Origin: Trichomonas gallinae
Taxonomy: Eukaryota
Length of the DNA: 44,615 nt
NCBI GenBank assembly: GCA_008369845.1
Contig: MRSU01010694.1
Location: 1 to 44,615 of the forward strand
Direction: 5' to 3'
Below, in pieces: positions 41,394 through 44,615 of the stretch (position 1 is its first letter; each line of letters opens with the position of its first letter). The notes under the pieces are model-generated. The model saw nothing but the letters and a program-made list of their open reading frames with translations. It made no database searches and was not told the origin of the DNA. The position numbers were made by a program, and so were the translations under genes.

Positions 41394-42434
41394 TCATACC
41401 TTTGGAGGAGAACGTCTATGATACTCTAAAATCTGTTTCATGAATCCGTCATTTATAGAAACTTTCGGTCTCGCCTTTTGTATAACTTTAATTGCATCAT
41501 CTGTTTGATACCCTCTATGTCGAATAAGATAAGCGAAGCATAGTGCAGCGGATCTTGAAATTCCTTTCCGACAATGTACTAAAACTTTACCACCAGCCTT
41601 TAAAGCATCATCTGTAAATATAACTGCATCCCAAAATTCGTCATTCAGTGTTTCAAAAACTGAGTCAACAATGTGAACGTTACAATAAATAAATTTGTCG
41701 GGAAAATTAATCGGTGATTGCTTTGCATTCATGTTAACGATATGTGTTATGCGTAAGTTTTGTAATAGCTTCAAGTCTCCAGAGCACATTTCACCAGAAA
41801 TGTAAAGTCCATCAATAACTTGATCAACTGTATCTTTAAATACATTTGTACCAAGCAGTGGTGATGAAGGCGGTGTATATGACTCTTGTGGGTTAGTATC
41901 TAGCGATAATTTAATTGGTGCATGTCGAAGTCCTGTAAAATTTAACAGTTCGCGAGTGCGGGCAGCAGCTGGCGCTCTTTTGAATGCTTCTGAGATTGAC
42001 TTTGGAAGAACTGATTCTTGGAAAATAGATTCCACGGCGATAGAAACATTTGTAGAATAAATTTGAAAATTAATCGTTTTTACAATATGCATCATTTCAT
42101 TTCGCTCGTCTGTATCTTGTGAAATTGGTGTGAATATCCAAATCTTTATATTGTCTGCTGTATTAATTACTGAAGTTCGAAAATATTGATTTAATTGCCT
42201 AACTGTCTCCATATAACTCACTTTAGGATATATATATTCGCCCCTTCGCGGAATTTCTAGTATTGGAGGTTCCATGACGATTATTGGATCATTAAAAAAT
42301 GCAGTTGTATTTCGAAAAAAACTTACAGCGGGAATCGGGCTTAGAACGCCATCAGCGATGGTAAATATAGTCAGTGTCCTTTGGGCCCCGGCTGGATCTT
42401 GAACAGCGATGTCGTTGCTAAAGCCTTGCCCCAT
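41394..42434 (-). CDS. Dual-specificity protein phosphatase, putatively N-myristoylated
   Basis: QVIDGLYISG, ITHIVN, GGKVLVHCRKGISRSAALCFAYLI (HCxxGxSRS), RPKVSINDGFMKQI. N-terminus MGQGFS. Confidence 0.93.
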   Translation of the reverse strand: MGQGFSNDIAVQDPAGAQRTLTIFTIADGVLSPIPAVSFFRNTTAFFNDPIIVMEPPILEIPRRGEYIYPKVSYMETVRQLNQYFRTSVINTADNIKIWIFTPISQDTDERNEMMHIVKTINFQIYSTNVSIAVESIFQESVLPKSISEAFKRAPAAARTRELLNFTGLRHAPIKLSLDTNPQESYTPPSSPLLGTNVFKDTVDQVIDGLYISGEMCSGDLKLLQNLRITHIVNMNAKQSPINFPDKFIYCNVHIVDSVFETLNDEFWDAVIFTDDALKAGGKVLVHCRKGISRSAALCFAYLIRHRGYQTDDAIKVIQKARPKVSINDGFMKQILEYHRRSPPKV

Positions 42435-42453
42435 AAATTATTTTTTATTGCTT

Positions 42454-42894
42454 TTTTCTTGGAAAAAAATAGATTTAGTTGCTAGACTTATTCTGCTGTG
42501 GATCATTTTATATTTGGCAAACTTGTTTAAAAACACTTAAAAATCAGTCAAATTATATTTAATAACGAAAATTATTTCTCAATTCAGTTAACTTTCATTG
42601 AAAACTGTCATATCTTCTATATACTGTTTGTATTTAAGCATATTCCAGTTCTAAACATATTGCTTTCCGGTTATTTTTCTTCAAAAAAATAGATTTAGTT
42701 GCCACATTTATTCTGCTATGGTTGGGATTATTTTGGCCGAGCTTGTTTAAAAAACTTAAAAATCGGTCAAATTTGATTTAATAACGAAATTTATTTCACA
42801 ATTCAGACAACTTTCATTGAAAACTGTCATTTTATATATAATGCTTGCACTTTTGTATATTTCAGTCTTAAACACATTGCTTACCGGTTATTTT
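42454..42894. repeat. Diverged tandem duplication, 2 x ~220 bp
   Basis: AAAAAAATAGATTTAGTTGC at ~42463 and ~42683; shared AACTTTCATTGAAAACTGTCAT and CCGGTTATTTT blocks. Confidence 0.9.
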
Positions 42895-43245
42895 GACACA
42901 AAAAATTAATGAAATATCAAATATTGCCAGAAATAATACTTTTTAAACATGCCAAATGTCTATGTTTAGTATTTGTTATTGTAATCTTACATCAAATTTT
43001 GATAATTCTAATCACTTATCTGATCAATCAACTTATGAATACAATTATTCCAGCCTAATACATAGCTAATATATCTCAATTAGCTATCGAAAAAGATAAA
43101 AAATATCAGACAAAATTCATTTGTAGCATAATATAACTGATTTTTCATTGTAATATGTGGTTTACATATATAATGTTATAAAAATATGTATCTTAATTCC
43201 TCAAAACAGTTTATTATAAAAACAATAATATATTATGTAAAATTA

Positions 43246-43584
43246 TCAATTATCATACTCAGAATAGAGTATCTGTATTGGAATATTTGGTCCTTCTACA
43301 GTAATTGTAGCGTTATCTTTTGGACTCAATATAATATTTGCTGATTGTTCAAAATCTTTGCCAATTATGAATGATGATATTGGAGTTTTTGTATCTAACT
43401 CCTTCCCAGACTTTGAAATTGTATTAATTGTAACATAAATTATTAATCTTTCTCCAGTGAATTCCTGGTGATCATTTATAAGACTGAATTGTTGTATTTT
43501 AATATAATTATGTGTTTCTAAGTGAAAAGGAGTTTCATTCGTTAATCTAAATGCTTTTGTTGAAGAAAAAAAATCATCAATCAT
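43246..43584 (-). CDS. Small beta-rich protein, possibly nucleoplasmin-like (NPL) domain
   Basis: 112-aa ORF with GTCACTTT Inr at 43590-43597. PISSFIIGKDFEQSANIILSPKDNATITVEG resembles the NPL core pattern. Confidence 0.6.
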   Translation of the reverse strand: MIDDFFSSTKAFRLTNETPFHLETHNYIKIQQFSLINDHQEFTGERLIIYVTINTISKSGKELDTKTPISSFIIGKDFEQSANIILSPKDNATITVEGPNIPIQILYSEYDN

Positions 43585-43979
43585 AATGAAAAGTGACGAA
43601 AATTATAATTTGACGTTTGTCGGATTGTCAAATATATGTTAATGAGATCCAAGTTCGATTCTCGATATGCAGATTATTTTCTTTTTTAAGACTTTGGAAT
43701 TTCTGTAATGAGTAGCACTGTATCATCATCATAATATGTTAGTTGGATTCGTCCAATACTCACTCTTTTTCTTAATTGAAACCAGAATTTACTATCTAAC
43801 ACTTTCCTCATATATAAATTTGAAATATATCATTTGTATTGAATTTATTATAACATATATTGTTTTTAGTTGAGTATATTGGTTTTCTACCGATATTGAG
43901 CTTGGAAACTAATTCAATTTAGCTAAATTAAAATACAATTTTTAATTGCAATACAAACAAACAAAAAAATCGATTAATT

Positions 43980-44516
43980 TTACTCGTAATGAGTATATTT
44001 GTAAGAGATAAAGCAACATAAGCCAGTTATAAAAATGATTATAACATGAATAAAAACGCAAAGAAGCATTTTCCTTAATAGCAGTAAAATGCCAAAGAGC
44101 ACGGTAAACGAACCAGAAATATAAAGTAAACTGTACTTGATGAAAAGATATGTGTATGCATCCCTCAAAAAGTTCGAAAGACGATGAATTTGTTGAAGTA
44201 ACTTATTCATAGCTATAGGATTTACTTCCTGCAGTATTTTTTCTTCATCTTGGCAAAAGAGAATTGATTTTAGATTCGATGGTAAATGAACTAAACAAAA
44301 TATAAGAATTCTAATGGCAACAATATATAGTAATGACGATAATATTTCATTGTGAATGAAATAAAGCGATATTGCTAAGTAAATAGTCGAAAGTAATAAA
44401 TAAAGTCCGATTCCTTTGTATGATTTGACATGAAATGTGCATAAAAACTTTGCCAAGTAATGCCTGTTCTTTTCGAGAAACTGATCTTCCCACGTAACAG
44501 TATTTTTTTCTTCCAT
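43980..44516 (-). CDS. Membrane protein, reticulon-like double hydrophobic hairpin
   Basis: Two long (~35-45 aa) hydrophobic stretches separated by a hydrophilic loop. ATG at 44516 in AAAATG context; TTGTTTGTA motif follows the stop. Confidence 0.65.
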   Translation of the reverse strand: MEEKNTVTWEDQFLEKNRHYLAKFLCTFHVKSYKGIGLYLLLSTIYLAISLYFIHNEILSSLLYIVAIRILIFCLVHLPSNLKSILFCQDEEKILQEVNPIAMNKLLQQIHRLSNFLRDAYTYLFIKYSLLYISGSFTVLFGILLLLRKMLLCVFIHVIIIFITGLCCFISYKYTHYE

Positions 44517-44615
44517 TTTGGTTGAAATGTAAAGATAAAGGTAGTCCGGCAGATTTTTTAAAATTGTCAAAAATGGCCCCTCCTTATAAAACGTGTCAGG
44601 TTCGACGCTACAGTA

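Noticed and set aside
44594..44615. GGTTCGA (tRNA T-loop/B-box-like) and terminal TACAGTA near the window end
   Set aside because: No T-stem or cloverleaf pairing; too little sequence to call a tRNA or transposon end.
1..44615. Spliceosomal introns
   Set aside because: Main ORFs are continuous and I did not see the trichomonad ACTAACACACAG branch/3' motif, though an eye scan could miss short introns.

Overview
AT-rich, gene-dense eukaryotic DNA with no introns that I could detect. It is most consistent with a trichomonad (Trichomonas vaginalis or a close relative), inferred from GTCACTTT/TCA-type initiator (Inr) elements just upstream of ATGs, a BspA-like LRR surface protein, a degenerate BEACH protein, a decayed ankyrin gene and a Bacteroidetes-type GH30. 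About 20 single-exon genes are present. Recognisable ones are CNOT10, a BEACH/WD40 protein, BspA, a FOP/OFD1-like LisH protein, SmD3, a gamma-tubulin complex protein (GCP3-like), a Tubby-domain protein, an ARM-repeat protein, TAF5, GH30, an importin-beta-like protein, YJU2 and a dual-specificity phosphatase. There are two likely pseudogenes (PfkB-like kinase, ankyrin). The most interesting signals lie outside the large genes. (i) An exact TTGTTTGTA 9-mer sits 10-19 nt after the stop codon of six genes. (ii) TGTCA/TGACA-core motifs form tandem arrays in three divergent promoters, and the 12-mer TTTACATTGTCA recurs four times. (iii) A 34-codon microprotein-like ORF missed by the ORF track sits next to a possible small RNA. 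(iv) There is a MITE-like remnant and a 220-bp tandem duplication. All product calls are from motif recognition by eye; no database search was run.
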